Positions 47,373-57,119 of a stretch of 58,054 bases of DNA are shown piece after piece. The DNA lies in the IMG/VR virus record IMGVR_UViG_3300027575_000004, positions 1-58,054 of that record; one strand, written 5' to 3'. Within the stretch, counting starts at the first letter, position 1. Every line of letters begins with the position of its first letter. Source of the DNA: a virus (taxonomy: Duplodnaviria; Caudoviricetes). The notes under the pieces were generated by a model. It had not been told where the DNA came from. It ran no database searches and was given only the letters and a program-made list of their open reading frames with translations. The position numbers were made by a program, and so were the translations under genes.

Positions 47373-47562
47373 CGCGCCCCCACCTTCCTAAGCGATGCAA
47401 TAACAGGCTCTGGCTTTTGAACACTCGCCCTTACAAACGGCCATGCTCCGGCAGATACAGGGCTTGGATTGGGATAGCGCATGATACAGATGATATCGAC
47501 AAATCGTTCGTCGGTTAGGGTTTCGTTGAGTTCGGACATTTTGCGGCGGTTTTCGTAGGGGA

Positions 47563-47742
47563 TCATGCCGATACCCGTTCCGACAACTGTTCTAGGAGTC
47601 TGGAAAGCGGCCCCGGAATTTTGCGTCCCGGCTTTTCAAGGCGGCAGATCGTACTCTGATGCACGCCCAATTCCTCGGCAAGCCGCTCTTGGCTCCAATC
47701 CAATTGAGCCCGAAGCTTCGTGATATTTATTTTCTTGGGCAT
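47563..47742 (-). CDS. Cro/XRE-type HTH regulator
   Basis: LRAQLDWSQERLAEELGVHQSTICRLE. Confidence 0.85.
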   Translation of the reverse strand: MPKKINITKLRAQLDWSQERLAEELGVHQSTICRLEKPGRKIPGPLSRLLEQLSERVSA

Positions 47743-47969
47743 TATGTATGCCAAGTTGTGCGCGGAGGAAGGCGAGGCCCATCGTAGTCCGATTGTTCAA
47801 TCCCACGAGATTCGTGGCGCGGCTTCATGGGGACAACGCGATCTTGTGGTGTGCGCGCCGTCGCGCCGCAGGACAAGCAGAATGGGGTAGGCGGGAAAAT
47901 TCCGTACCAAACAGTAGGGACGACAACCCGTCCGCCGCACTCCGAACACGTTCCAATGACGCGATGCAT
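47742..47969 (-). CDS. zinc-ribbon-like small protein
   Basis: CSECGG...CLSCG; GGAG RBS; TAATG coupling. Confidence 0.6.
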   Translation of the reverse strand: MHRVIGTCSECGGRVVVPTVWYGIFPPTPFCLSCGATARTPQDRVVPMKPRHESRGIEQSDYDGPRLPPRTTWHT

Positions 47970-48016
47970 GAGATATTCTCCGAATGACGCCCCATGAATG
48001 CATACTTTCACATTCC

Positions 48017-48065
48017 ATGCAAGCCGCATTATTCGCTTGACATGCAAAATGCATAGCCCTACCTT
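48017..48065 (+). promoter_or_regulatory. early promoter at the divergence point with operator-like palindromes
   Basis: TTGACA-17-TACCTT (48037-48065); ATGC-N5-GCAT at 48017-48029 and 48042-48054. Confidence 0.65.
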
Positions 48066-48070
48066 CCTCT

Positions 48071-48111
48071 CAAGACACAAGACACAAGACACAAGACACA
48101 AGACACAAGAC
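48071..48111 (+). repeat. heptamer tandem repeat (CAAGACA) x5 plus CAAGAC
   Basis: read directly; lies between promoter and GAGGA RBS. Confidence 0.95.
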
Positions 48112-48617
48112 GCTAGAGGAAGCAAAACATGGACATGTTAGTCAGCGAACACTTTCCGCTTCGTCCATACGAGACATTTACCGTCAAGGACGGCGAAGGC
48201 CGCGTGGTCGAAACTTGGAGTTACACAGGCTCGACAAAGCAGCATTGTCCGAAGGGCAAGGTTCGCGCTTCCTTCCATGTTCGCGGCTATCGCGGCTATC
48301 GCGGCGCTCAGGCGATCTAAGCCCATGACACACCGCATCCAAATCGAATCCCCTGACGATACAGGACGCTGGCTCAATACGGGAGACAGCTTTGAAGTGG
48401 ATTGCGACCCGGAGGATTTGCCTCATCATGCGAGGCTGGCGCTTTCCGAAGCCATTTGTTTCGAGGGCTTTAGAGGCGGTCCATTACGTGCCGTCATCAT
48501 CCCCAGCGAAGAAGGCTATCCCATGCAAACCATTATGGGAACGGGGCCAGAAGCCGATCCGCGCTTGAACGAATATATCGCACGGGAAGAGGAACGACAA
48601 TCGGAAAGGGCGATGTC

Positions 48618-48887
48618 ATGAGCGAGTGGCTAGACATTTCTACAGCGCCGAAGGATGGGACTGCGATTTGGCTCTTTTATGAAGGCGAAATCGTGATCGG
48701 ATACTTTCAACCTCCTGAGCCTTGGGACGAAAAAGGGGCGTGGTTTGCAAAAGCTTCGTTTCGGCGGCGCTCGCATGAGCGCAATCAGCCAGACGACATT
48801 TTCGGCACCTACACTTTCGGCGCAACGCCAACCCACTGGCAACCCCTCCCCGCTCCTCCATCCCAAGCCCGTGGAGATGGGGAATGA
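48618..48887 (+). CDS. DUF551-family protein
   Basis: W.DISTAPKDGT...PTHWQPLPAPP. Confidence 0.8.
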   Translation: MSEWLDISTAPKDGTAIWLFYEGEIVIGYFQPPEPWDEKGAWFAKASFRRRSHERNQPDDIFGTYTFGATPTHWQPLPAPPSQARGDGE

Positions 48888-49186
48888 GCGAGACGAAGCA
48901 CACGCCGACACCTTGGACCGTCAAGCATGGCGAACACGAAAGCGAACTGTTTGCCGAAAAGTACCGTGGTGACATCGCCGCATTCAACCAATACACGGGA
49001 GCGCTTGAGGCCGATGAGTGCCGGGCTAATGCGGCGCGCAACGGCTTCACGGCAGAGTCGCCGCCAACAGAAATTCCCGTTCGCCTCGCCGACGTAATGG
49101 ACTGCCTTCTCCCGGCGGCCGATCCGAACAAGCACTTGTGCAGCATCGCCGACGTGCTGAATCCGAAAGCGGAGAAGGAAGGGTGA
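48884..49186 (+). CDS. hypothetical phage protein
   Basis: KHTPTPW...ANA motif common in phage early proteins. Confidence 0.6.
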   Translation: MSETKHTPTPWTVKHGEHESELFAEKYRGDIAAFNQYTGALEADECRANAARNGFTAESPPTEIPVRLADVMDCLLPAADPNKHLCSIADVLNPKAEKEG

Positions 49187-49187
49187 G

Positions 49188-49550
49188 ATGAAAAAGACCG
49201 CAGAGCAATCCGAATTCAACAGCAGGGATTTGGTTGCGCGCCTTCGCTTTTGGTCCGAGACAATGGCCCAAGGCGATTGTGGAGCAGCCGCCGACGAAAT
49301 CTCCCGCCTCCGTGCGCGCGTGGCGAAGCTGGAGGGGGCGCTGAGGCCATTCGTGAGATTAGCCGAACGAGAACTTGTAGATGGTGGTCCGTTGTTTGGG
49401 GAATATCTAAAGCTTCGCCGCGTCCAAATTATTTGGGAAGGCGAGCACGATATTACGCCTGCTGCCCTCCGCGCCGCCTCCGCCACGCTGGCAGGCGAGA
49501 CAGAACAGACCGAGCTTGAGCGGGTGGGACGGGGAGAGGCTTTGAAATGA
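49188..49550 (+). CDS. hypothetical phage protein
   Basis: DLVARLR...AADEISRLR motif. Confidence 0.6.
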   Translation: MKKTAEQSEFNSRDLVARLRFWSETMAQGDCGAAADEISRLRARVAKLEGALRPFVRLAERELVDGGPLFGEYLKLRRVQIIWEGEHDITPAALRAASATLAGETEQTELERVGRGEALK

Positions 49551-49907
49551 CAACGCAAGAGGCTTACGAAGCTGGCTATTATGAGGCAAAAAACAGCTGC
49601 CTGCGATTGCTCGCGAAATGGTTTTTCATGAAGAACAAGGACGCGAGATCGTGCCGTGATGAAATGTTAGCGCTTTCGCCCATGAGGCTCAAGCCATGAC
49701 CGCGAAAATCTATCTGCTATCCAATGCCATCACGGAATCGGAAATCCGCCGTCGTGCGAAACCTCGATTCATTTCGGATCGCATTATGAGCGGTGCAGGA
49801 TATGCTCTAGCTGCTGCTATTGTAGCTCTTGCAATGGGAGGGATGGTGTTTGATTCCGCTGTGTTGTCAGAGTGGCTTTGGAATGCGTTTGCGGAGGCGA
49901 TTCGGTA

Positions 49908-50483
49908 ATGTCCGCGACCTCAGAATATCTCAATCAGAAACCGCGCACATTGGCGCAAGCGACGGGTGACAGAATGACGGCAACAGCCGAGCGGAATCTT
50001 GCTCGTGAGACTGCGGCGGCGAACGCTCTGCGTCAAGCCCTTATGGCCCTAACGGACGATCCGGAAGCCGTTCGCGATACTATCGAAGGCGAGACAACGC
50101 TACGCGAAGATATCGTATCTGTGATGGCCTCTATCCGCGAGGATGAGGTTTTCGAGCTTGGCCTAGATGCTATGATCGACAAACTCGCCGAGCGCCAACA
50201 GCGTATTCAGGAGCGTATCGAGCGGAAACGCACGGCTATCTTGCAGGCAATGGTAATCGGGGAAATTCCTTCCCTAGAATTGGCGGACGCGACTTTGTTC
50301 GTTCGCAAGGTTCCACGCAAGGTGGAAATCTCGGACGAGGCTTTGATACCGTCCGAATATTGGAAGCAGCCGGACCCGACGCTGGACAAGTCGGCGCTCG
50401 CATCGGCGCTCAAGGAAGGTAAAGACGTTCCGGGAGCAACGCTCGATAACGGCGGAATCGGTTTGACAATCAGGAGAGCATGA
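49908..50483 (+). CDS. siphovirus Gp157-family protein
   Basis: DTIEGET, coiled coil, ISDEALIPSEYW...LDK..L..ALK.G..VPGA.L. Confidence 0.85.
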   Translation: MSATSEYLNQKPRTLAQATGDRMTATAERNLARETAAANALRQALMALTDDPEAVRDTIEGETTLREDIVSVMASIREDEVFELGLDAMIDKLAERQQRIQERIERKRTAILQAMVIGEIPSLELADATLFVRKVPRKVEISDEALIPSEYWKQPDPTLDKSALASALKEGKDVPGATLDNGGIGLTIRRA

Positions 50484-50743
50484 TGGGCGAATACGCGGAA
50501 ATGATACTTGACGGAACCATGTGTTCCGGCTGCGGCGAATTCCTACACGACGGCAACGATGGTCCCGGCTATCCCGGCCTGTGTTCTTTATGTGCCAGAG
50601 AAGCGACGAACTTGGAAAAGCGAGAGCGTCCTACGTCGGACAAAAAGACGATGCAGTGTCCAGATTGTACGCGGCGCTTTGCAACACACGAATCATATTT
50701 GCAGCACTACCGCGACAGACACGAAAAGAAAACGGGGAAATAA
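50480..50743 (+). CDS. C2H2 zinc-finger protein
   Basis: CPDCTRRFATHESYLQHYRDRH plus N-terminal CxxC pairs. Confidence 0.7.
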   Translation: MMGEYAEMILDGTMCSGCGEFLHDGNDGPGYPGLCSLCAREATNLEKRERPTSDKKTMQCPDCTRRFATHESYLQHYRDRHEKKTGK

Positions 50744-50744
50744 G

Positions 50745-51689
50745 ATGGGCGACGTAACAACATTACACCAAGGCTCTTTGACCTATACGGGCAAGCAGCT
50801 AGACCTTATTCGGCGTACGGTTGCGAGCGATTGCAACGGGACCGAATTCGACCTGTATCTGGAAGTCGCGCGCCGCGTCGGGCTCGATCCTTTCCGCAAG
50901 CAGATTTACGCGGTGATTTATTCCAAAGACAACCCCGACAAGCGAAAAATGTCGATCATTACCGGCATTGACGGCTATCGGGCCATTGCCGCGCGGAACA
51001 AGGATTACCGTCCCGACGAAAACGCGCCCACATTCGAGTATGACGCGAATCTCAAAAGCGAATTGAACCCGGCCGAGATTGTAAGCGCCACGGTTCGGTG
51101 CTGGAAGCTCGCGCCCGATGGACAATGGCACCCCGTCGCTGGAATTGCCTTCTGGGATGAATTCGTGCCGCTCACAGAACAGTGGGCTTTCGACCGGGAA
51201 CAGAACCGGCGTGCGCCTACTGGCGTGTATGAACTTTCCAAGAATTCCAATTGGTACAAAATGCCACGCGTGATGATCGCAAAGGCGGCAGAGGCTATTG
51301 CGCTTCGTAAGGGCTGGCCCGAAGACCTTTCGGGCATTTATACCGAAGACGAAATGGCCCGCACTACGGCGCAGGATATGACGGCCAGCGAGGCTATTGA
51401 CGCTTATACCAAAGACCAGCGGCTTGCCCTCACGAATGCCAAGGACTGCATCACGGTCCAATGGGAGCCTAGCGCGGCCCTAGAGGCCGTCCCGGTCGGG
51501 CAGTTCGCAGACCGTGCCGCCGCTTTCGTTCGGGCCTGTACGACCATCCCTGACCTTGTGGGGTGGGCAGATACGAACGCCGCATCCCTGCGTCAATTTT
51601 GGGCGCATTCCAAGAGCGATGCACTGGAACTGAAAAAGCTGATCGAAGGCCGAACGGCAGAGATCGCAGAGGCTAACAAGGTCGCATGA
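50745..51689 (+). CDS. bet: Red-beta/RecT-family single-strand annealing recombinase
   Basis: GLDPFRKQIY, IDGYRAIA, W.KMPRVMIAKAAEAIALRKGWPE.LSGIY..DEM. Confidence 0.9.
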   Translation: MGDVTTLHQGSLTYTGKQLDLIRRTVASDCNGTEFDLYLEVARRVGLDPFRKQIYAVIYSKDNPDKRKMSIITGIDGYRAIAARNKDYRPDENAPTFEYDANLKSELNPAEIVSATVRCWKLAPDGQWHPVAGIAFWDEFVPLTEQWAFDREQNRRAPTGVYELSKNSNWYKMPRVMIAKAAEAIALRKGWPEDLSGIYTEDEMARTTAQDMTASEAIDAYTKDQRLALTNAKDCITVQWEPSAALEAVPVGQFADRAAAFVRACTTIPDLVGWADTNAASLRQFWAHSKSDALELKKLIEGRTAEIAEANKVA

Positions 51690-52123
51690 GCGACGAACTG
51701 GAACGCCAGCTTTACGTCAAATCGCTATCTGGGTTCATTCCTGATAGCGAGGCAGCGCGGACGTTCCATCGTCGGGTCAAAGTCGGCAGCACAATCGAAC
51801 TAAAAGGCTCAGCATCTCGCAACATTCAGCACCACAAAAAATTCTTCGCCATGCTCAAAATCATCTTCGAAAATCAGGAGCATTATGCGAGCATGGACGT
51901 GCTGTTAGGCGTGTGCAAATTGGCGGTCGGGCACTGCGACGTAATCGAAACGCCGCGTGGAACCGTGAGGCTTCCGAAGTCTATCAGCTTTTCGGCGTTG
52001 AGTCAGAGTCAATTCGAGGATTTTTATGACCGCGCGGTGCAGTGGGCGACTACCGATGTAATCGCAGGGCTTTCCAAGCAACATCTGGACGAGGCTGTTG
52101 AACAAGAGCTTCTAAGATTCTAA
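51686..52123 (+). CDS. DUF1367 (NinB-like) protein
   Basis: RN..HHKKFFAML, PKSISF..LSQ..FEDFY. Confidence 0.8.
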   Translation: MSDELERQLYVKSLSGFIPDSEAARTFHRRVKVGSTIELKGSASRNIQHHKKFFAMLKIIFENQEHYASMDVLLGVCKLAVGHCDVIETPRGTVRLPKSISFSALSQSQFEDFYDRAVQWATTDVIAGLSKQHLDEAVEQELLRF

Positions 52124-52386
52124 CCACCCACTCACACCATATAGCGGGGAGATAGAGAATGGTATCGAAATGCTTTTGCGATAACTGCGGTTCCGAGGGC
52201 GCTGGTCGCGTCACTCTGTCCGTCGCTCGCAGCATCCCGTTGCAAATGATCGGGGATGGCAAGGATATGGACGCCGACCTATGCCAGAAATGCTTTGACA
52301 AATTCTTGGCAGCCGTCCGCGAAATTAGGATCATAGACAGCCGCGCCCGCATTATGGCGGCGCAACAATTCAAGGAAGGCTAACCC

Positions 52387-52758
52387 ATGCCCATCCGTAT
52401 CACAATCGAGCGTATCTTGCGCGATGAAGACGACGCAATCGGACAATCAATCCGCGAGTGGAAGATTGAGGTCGAAGATGCTTCAATCATGCTTCGTGGG
52501 CGCGAGAAGGCCGGATTTGTCCATTTGCGCGCCAATGATATTCTTGTCCTCATCGCCGATCTAGAGCGCGCAAAAGCGGTTGCGGGGACTTTCGATGAAA
52601 GCGAGCCTGCCCCTCCCAAGCCCGCTACAAGACGGGGAAGAAAGAAGAAGTTGGGAACGGCAATAGCCTCGGAAGCGCGCGAATCAGATACACCGCTCAA
52701 GCTTCCCGACCCCGACAAAATACCCTCTCACATGCTGCGTATACCGGAGAAGGGGTGA
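52387..52758 (+). CDS. hypothetical protein
   Basis: ORF in early arm. Confidence 0.55.
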   Translation: MPIRITIERILRDEDDAIGQSIREWKIEVEDASIMLRGREKAGFVHLRANDILVLIADLERAKAVAGTFDESEPAPPKPATRRGRKKKLGTAIASEARESDTPLKLPDPDKIPSHMLRIPEKG

Positions 52759-52762
52759 GGGG

Positions 52763-52984
52763 ATGGCTCGCACAGCCCAGTGTCCAAACTGTTCGCGGAA
52801 GTTCGGCGATAATAACGCCGTCTATCTGCATATAAAGGCGAAGCATGGCGGCAAAGGTAAGGCTGCGTTTGCGCCCGAGGAAGATGAATCATTCGCGGAT
52901 CGTGCAATTCGAGCCAGCCTCGATCATGCGATGGGCATTCCCAACGATGATTACGATTGGCTTGTAGAGCCTTGGGAAGCGTGA
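52763..52984 (+). CDS. C2H2 zinc-finger protein
   Basis: CPNCSRKFGDNNAVYLHIKAKH. Confidence 0.7.
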   Translation: MARTAQCPNCSRKFGDNNAVYLHIKAKHGGKGKAAFAPEEDESFADRAIRASLDHAMGIPNDDYDWLVEPWEA

Positions 52985-52985
52985 C

Positions 52986-53414
52986 GTGCCCAAGCGTCGC
53001 GCCATTCCTGCCTATATCAAACGCCTAGTCAGAAACCGTCAGAACGACGCATGTGGCTGTCGTGGGAATTGCGGGTATGTTCTACCTCCCGATGGCCTTG
53101 GGCTTGTGCAGTACCAGCATGAGCCGCCATTGGCGCTCCGGCAAGTGTTGCCAGATGATTCGGACTGGCTACCCTCGCAACACGATCCGCGTTACATCTA
53201 TGCCGAATTGAAAGAGTGCCATCGCGTTGAAACCTACGGCGCATCCAAAGCCACTTCTTTAGGTTCCGACCGGCACGCCATCGACAAGATGAAACGCCTT
53301 ACCGGCGTAACCTGCAACGGCCCAAAGAAGAAAATCCAAGGCCGCACAAGACTACAATCCCGCCCCTTCCGTAACGACTGGAAGCCGAATGTGAGAGACA
53401 TAAACGATGGCTGA
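52986..53414 (+). CDS. degenerate HNH-like protein
   Basis: QH.PPL.LR, CH..ET.G, SD...I.K.KRL, basic tail. Confidence 0.55.
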   Translation: MPKRRAIPAYIKRLVRNRQNDACGCRGNCGYVLPPDGLGLVQYQHEPPLALRQVLPDDSDWLPSQHDPRYIYAELKECHRVETYGASKATSLGSDRHAIDKMKRLTGVTCNGPKKKIQGRTRLQSRPFRNDWKPNVRDINDG

Positions 53415-53447
53415 ACCCATGACCACCCGCCACAGAAACAGGTGAGA

Positions 53448-53807
53448 TCAGTGACCACCGGGGTGTGCGACCGGCCAGCCACACAGATGCGCGTGCTCGT
53501 GGGCCATCAGGCAGGCAATGAAATCGTCGCCGCCACGATCTGGCAGCACGATCCAGCGGCCAAGTTCGTTCGAGCACCCCCATACGTCTTGGTCGCCGCA
53601 ATGCGAAGGCACTTCGTCCCACGGCACAACATGGACATACGGGACATAGGTTAGAGTGCAGTTGTATTGTGGTGGCGGCTCTAGGATGCCATGGCAGTAC
53701 GCGACAGCCTTTTCGGGAAAGACGAACCAGATAACCGCGAGCGTGAAGAGTACCACGGCTGCGATGCAGTAGCGGCGAGTGCTGGGGCTAATCGGTTCGA
53801 GATACAT
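53448..53807 (-). CDS. exported/membrane-anchored Cys-rich mini-zincin
   Basis: N-terminal hydrophobic helix ending AVA; AHEHAH (HExxH); several Cys. Confidence 0.6.
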   Translation of the reverse strand: MYLEPISPSTRRYCIAAVVLFTLAVIWFVFPEKAVAYCHGILEPPPQYNCTLTYVPYVHVVPWDEVPSHCGDQDVWGCSNELGRWIVLPDRGGDDFIACLMAHEHAHLCGWPVAHPGGH

Positions 53808-53817
53808 GCGGCCCTTC

Positions 53818-54095
53818 CTATAAAGCTGCGATGGCAGACTGTATCATCGCGTCTCCGTGCTTCTGATCCACCTCGATAAGATCGCCGTCCTGAATCTTTC
53901 CGTCGATGACGTGTGCCCTCACGAGCGCAAAATAAACGTCAAACTGCCAGCCACTATTCCCGAACGGTCGCTTACCATTGAAGCCTTCTTCCTCGCGCCA
54001 AAGTTCGGAAAGTAGTGCTTTGAGATAGTCCTTGACGGTCTTGGCGTCCGCGTCGTTTGGCGGCATTGGTGCCATCAGAATGCGTTCCGCGCTCA
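53818..54095 (-). CDS. conserved hypothetical phage protein
   Basis: LWREEEGFNGKRPFGNSGW motif. Confidence 0.65.
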
Positions 54096-54103
54096 TTTCG
54101 GCC

Positions 54104-54367
54104 TCACTTCGCAGAAAGGGGAACGAGCGCACCATCGATAAAACGATGGCGTTTCGTGACGGACTGAAACCTTCCCCAATCGAGCTTTCCGTCCGTTGGA
54201 TGCGCCCGCTCGATCAAGTCACTGTATCGTGCCCGGCAGTCGCTGATGTTTGGGCCAGCCGAACTCATTTGGAACACAGCAAGGCAATGATCGAATCCTC
54301 GTTCTTCGGCCAACTCGATCTCGGCAAGAGCGTTGCGTAACTGCTCGGCATTGATGCAAAAGTCCAT
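54104..54367 (-). CDS. hypothetical protein
   Basis: ORF in minus-strand islet. Confidence 0.55.
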   Translation of the reverse strand: MDFCINAEQLRNALAEIELAEERGFDHCLAVFQMSSAGPNISDCRARYSDLIERAHPTDGKLDWGRFQSVTKRHRFIDGALVPLSAK

Positions 54368-54784
54368 TTCGGCCTCATTTCATAAGAGTTGATTCGATCA
54401 GCGCCGCAGCGTCAGCGAGAGCACCTTCGGTCGGCATGAGATTGTGGGCACGATCCATCTGCCAATGCCGAACCCACGCCGCCATTTTTTCAAGCGCACT
54501 ATGGAGCCGCTCGATTTCATCCGACGCCTCAGCCATATCGACCTGCGCCGGATGGTCAATACTGAGCGACGCTGGCGCGGTGTGCGCAAGCTGCCAGCGC
54601 GCTAGGTTCTTGGCGTATTGATTGCGGAGTAACGGCATTTCTAGCACTTTCTAAATCTGGCGGCCCTACCGACCTCGCATCGGCTCCGCAGGCGATATCA
54701 GTTCCCGCAACGGTCTGGCACCCCGGGCCTGCGTCTCAATTATTCCTGCTTGACTTGGCTGTCAATATATAAATCCAGCGCCGC

Positions 54785-54813
54785 TTGACATAGTTCGCAT
54801 TGCCGCAGATAAT
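54785..54813 (+). promoter_or_regulatory. promoter predicted to give a leaderless mRNA
   Basis: TTGACA-17-GATAAT, 6 nt before ATG 54820; no SD. Confidence 0.7.
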
Positions 54814-54819
54814 TCCGCC

Positions 54820-55020
54820 ATGAAACTTGGTGAACTCATAAATCTGTCGCGGGAACTCAAGCGCATGAGCCTGCGTGACCTCGAAAAGCAGTCAGGCGTT
54901 TCCAACGCCCTGATTTCTCAAATTGAGACCGGGCACGTCAAAGACCCTGGCTTCCGAACGCTATGCAAAATAGCAGATGCGTTGGGGCTATCTCTCAAAA
55001 GATTGGCCGCGACCGAATGA
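54820..55020 (+). CDS. XRE-family HTH regulator
   Basis: MSLRDLEKQSGVSNALISQIETG...P.F.TL.KIADALG. Confidence 0.9.
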   Translation: MKLGELINLSRELKRMSLRDLEKQSGVSNALISQIETGHVKDPGFRTLCKIADALGLSLKRLAATE

Positions 55021-55406
55021 GCATCTATTTCGCCCTAGCCTCAAACGGCCTGATGAAGATCGGGTTCTCCGAGAATCCGCGTGTTCGGATGCACGGCTTG
55101 CGCGGCGAATGTGGAGGCCGAACCGTCAGACTAAAGGCCGTAATCGACGGCACGCTTGCCGAGGAACGCGGCTGGCACATGCGGTTCGGCCATCTCTATC
55201 ATCACGGCGAATGGTTCCACTATCGCGGACGATTGAAGCGCTTTGTTGAGGCGCGCTCACATACTGTCCCAAAGCGGAAACGCCGCAAGGGCTACAAGGT
55301 GTTCAAAAATATCAGCCCTGAAGCCCTTCCTGAGATGTTGCGCGACCGTAAGTTCGTGAGGCTAAGGAATGGTAGTTACATGCTCTACAATCGGAAGCAG
55401 CGCTGA
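55017..55406 (+). CDS. GIY-YIG / T5orf172-like domain protein
   Basis: IYF...KIGFSENP..R...EE...H.RF......GEWF. Confidence 0.8.
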   Translation: MSIYFALASNGLMKIGFSENPRVRMHGLRGECGGRTVRLKAVIDGTLAEERGWHMRFGHLYHHGEWFHYRGRLKRFVEARSHTVPKRKRRKGYKVFKNISPEALPEMLRDRKFVRLRNGSYMLYNRKQR

Positions 55407-55744
55407 TGTACGTCGCTGCCTACAAGCGCGTTCACGACATGGGCGCGACGATCGTGGACGCCGAGACGAAACATAACAGCCGCGAGCATGGCGTCGAAAT
55501 GCTCGGCGAAGCATTGAAGCCTCCAAAGCCGAGCGCCGAACACATGCGACTGATGCAGGAGAAGGCGGCAGCGCTGAAGCGCAAAGAGCGCATACCCAAG
55601 GCCGAAGCGCTGTCTTACTGGCGCAACCCGAAACTCTCTGTACAGGAAGCTTTGGAGTTGATGGCGGGGTGGACGCAGAGTGCGGCCTACAAGGAATTTA
55701 AGTCTCGCGGCTTCGGCGCAGGCCGCCGCCGCGCGCAACGATAA
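55406..55744 (+). CDS. hypothetical protein
   Basis: TGATG-coupled ORF. Confidence 0.6.
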   Translation: MYVAAYKRVHDMGATIVDAETKHNSREHGVEMLGEALKPPKPSAEHMRLMQEKAAALKRKERIPKAEALSYWRNPKLSVQEALELMAGWTQSAAYKEFKSRGFGAGRRRAQR

Positions 55745-55931
55745 AGGGAGCGAAGTCATGAGCAAGGTTCGAAAAATTGCCGAGCGGCTGTTCCGGGACG
55801 AACACCCCGATCCGCATCCAATGTCGGTGTGGGGGCGTCGTCCGCAACTCACAGACCTGTGGGAATGCGATCAAGAAAAATATGTTCGGCGCGCGGAAGA
55901 ACTTTATCGCGCCGGGATCGAAAGCTGAGGA

Positions 55932-56156
55932 ATGAGAATGAAAACGATTACGATGATGGAGTTGCGAGCATCGCCGGGCGAGTACGCCTTCCGAGTGCGC
56001 GCCGATGGCGAAAGCTTTCTCGTCACCTATCAGGGCAAGCCGTGCTTCAAGATGGTGCCGGTCGATGACGTGACAATCGTTCGGCCTGACGGCACGTTCA
56101 AAGGCCCAAAGCCGCTTACGTTTGGGCTCAAGCTCGGTGACGAGTACGCACAATGA
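55932..56156 (+). CDS. Phd/YefM antitoxin-like protein
   Basis: MKTITMMELR...GESFLVTYQGKP..KMVPV. Confidence 0.7.
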   Translation: MRMKTITMMELRASPGEYAFRVRADGESFLVTYQGKPCFKMVPVDDVTIVRPDGTFKGPKPLTFGLKLGDEYAQ

Positions 56157-56491
56157 ATACTCCGCGCGTGGGCGATACCGTCTGTCTCAAAGAGAACTTG
56201 GAGCGCGAAGGAGTCGTAACGACGTGGGATGGCGACAAAGTTCGGATCGAATGGGATAGCATTCATTCGAGTTGGCATCCCGGCGACACCGTGCGTATCA
56301 AATCGTGGGCGCGGACAGTGCCATGTCACAACATACCAGAATCCGGGTGTCCGTGCGCGCATTGCGTGAAATCGCGCGCTGAGTACAAAGCAATCACTGG
56401 CCGTGAATGTCCGATCATCGGGCAGAAAGAGTTTGACGAGGAAGTAGACCAAGGCGTCAGTGACTTTTTCAAATCCGTTGGTCTCAAATGA
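56153..56491 (+). CDS. hypothetical protein
   Basis: ATGA-coupled ORF. Confidence 0.55.
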   Translation: MNTPRVGDTVCLKENLEREGVVTTWDGDKVRIEWDSIHSSWHPGDTVRIKSWARTVPCHNIPESGCPCAHCVKSRAEYKAITGRECPIIGQKEFDEEVDQGVSDFFKSVGLK

Positions 56492-56811
56492 GGAGTTTGA
56501 AAATGTCTGTGCGTCAAAAATCAAAGAAGGCCCGCAAGCGCGCTGAGCGTTTTGCCCGTCCGCGCCTTCTCACATCGAACGAGATTCGGTCTCTGCACGC
56601 TGACGCGGTACGCGTGAGTGCGGAAGCAAAACGCTTGATCGCAAAGCGCGGTCTATAGAAGAGGAGCGGTTGTGCTTGGCGAGCATCAAATGAAGTGTCC
56701 ACGCTGTCGGCACAATACGAAACTGGCGACGCCAGCGCGCTCGTGCCCCGTGTGTAACGGTTCTGGATACATTTACTATCGGCCAGGCGATAAAGAAGTG
56801 AGAGACGAGAC

Positions 56812-57108
56812 GTGGACTGGTACGAAGAACATATAGAGCCCGGCATTCGGAAACAAGTTCGGCTGCTCCGCGACAACGGGTTCAACACGCTGTCATCATG
56901 CGAACATCGCATGGAGATTGATTGCGATTTTCTGCCGGACGGCGAAGTGAAGCGACTCCACGATCTACTTTTCAACAATGGCTATCGCGATTACGAATTG
57001 CTATTCAAGATCGAGGTCAAAGACGGCAAGATGTTCTGCGATTGCCTTGTGAAATTTCCGGGCGCGGAGCCGGGACACAAAAGTCTTGGCACCTTCGCCA
57101 ATACATGA
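56812..57108 (+). CDS. hypothetical phage protein
   Basis: IEPGIR..V.LL..NGF.T.SSC motif. Confidence 0.6.
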   Translation: MDWYEEHIEPGIRKQVRLLRDNGFNTLSSCEHRMEIDCDFLPDGEVKRLHDLLFNNGYRDYELLFKIEVKDGKMFCDCLVKFPGAEPGHKSLGTFANT

Positions 57109-57119
57109 GGAGTTTTGCC

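Noticed and set aside
48071-48111. Repeat array as CRISPR
   Set aside because: 7-bp head-to-tail units, no spacers, no cas genes.
50508-50744. N-terminal extension of Bet in the ORF track
   Set aside because: Overlaps the zinc-finger gene; Bet-like sequence begins at ATG 50745 after a purine-rich RBS.
55406-55744. Possible serine-recombinase remnant serving as integrase
   Set aside because: No catalytic N-terminal YxRxS motif; resemblance too weak to call.
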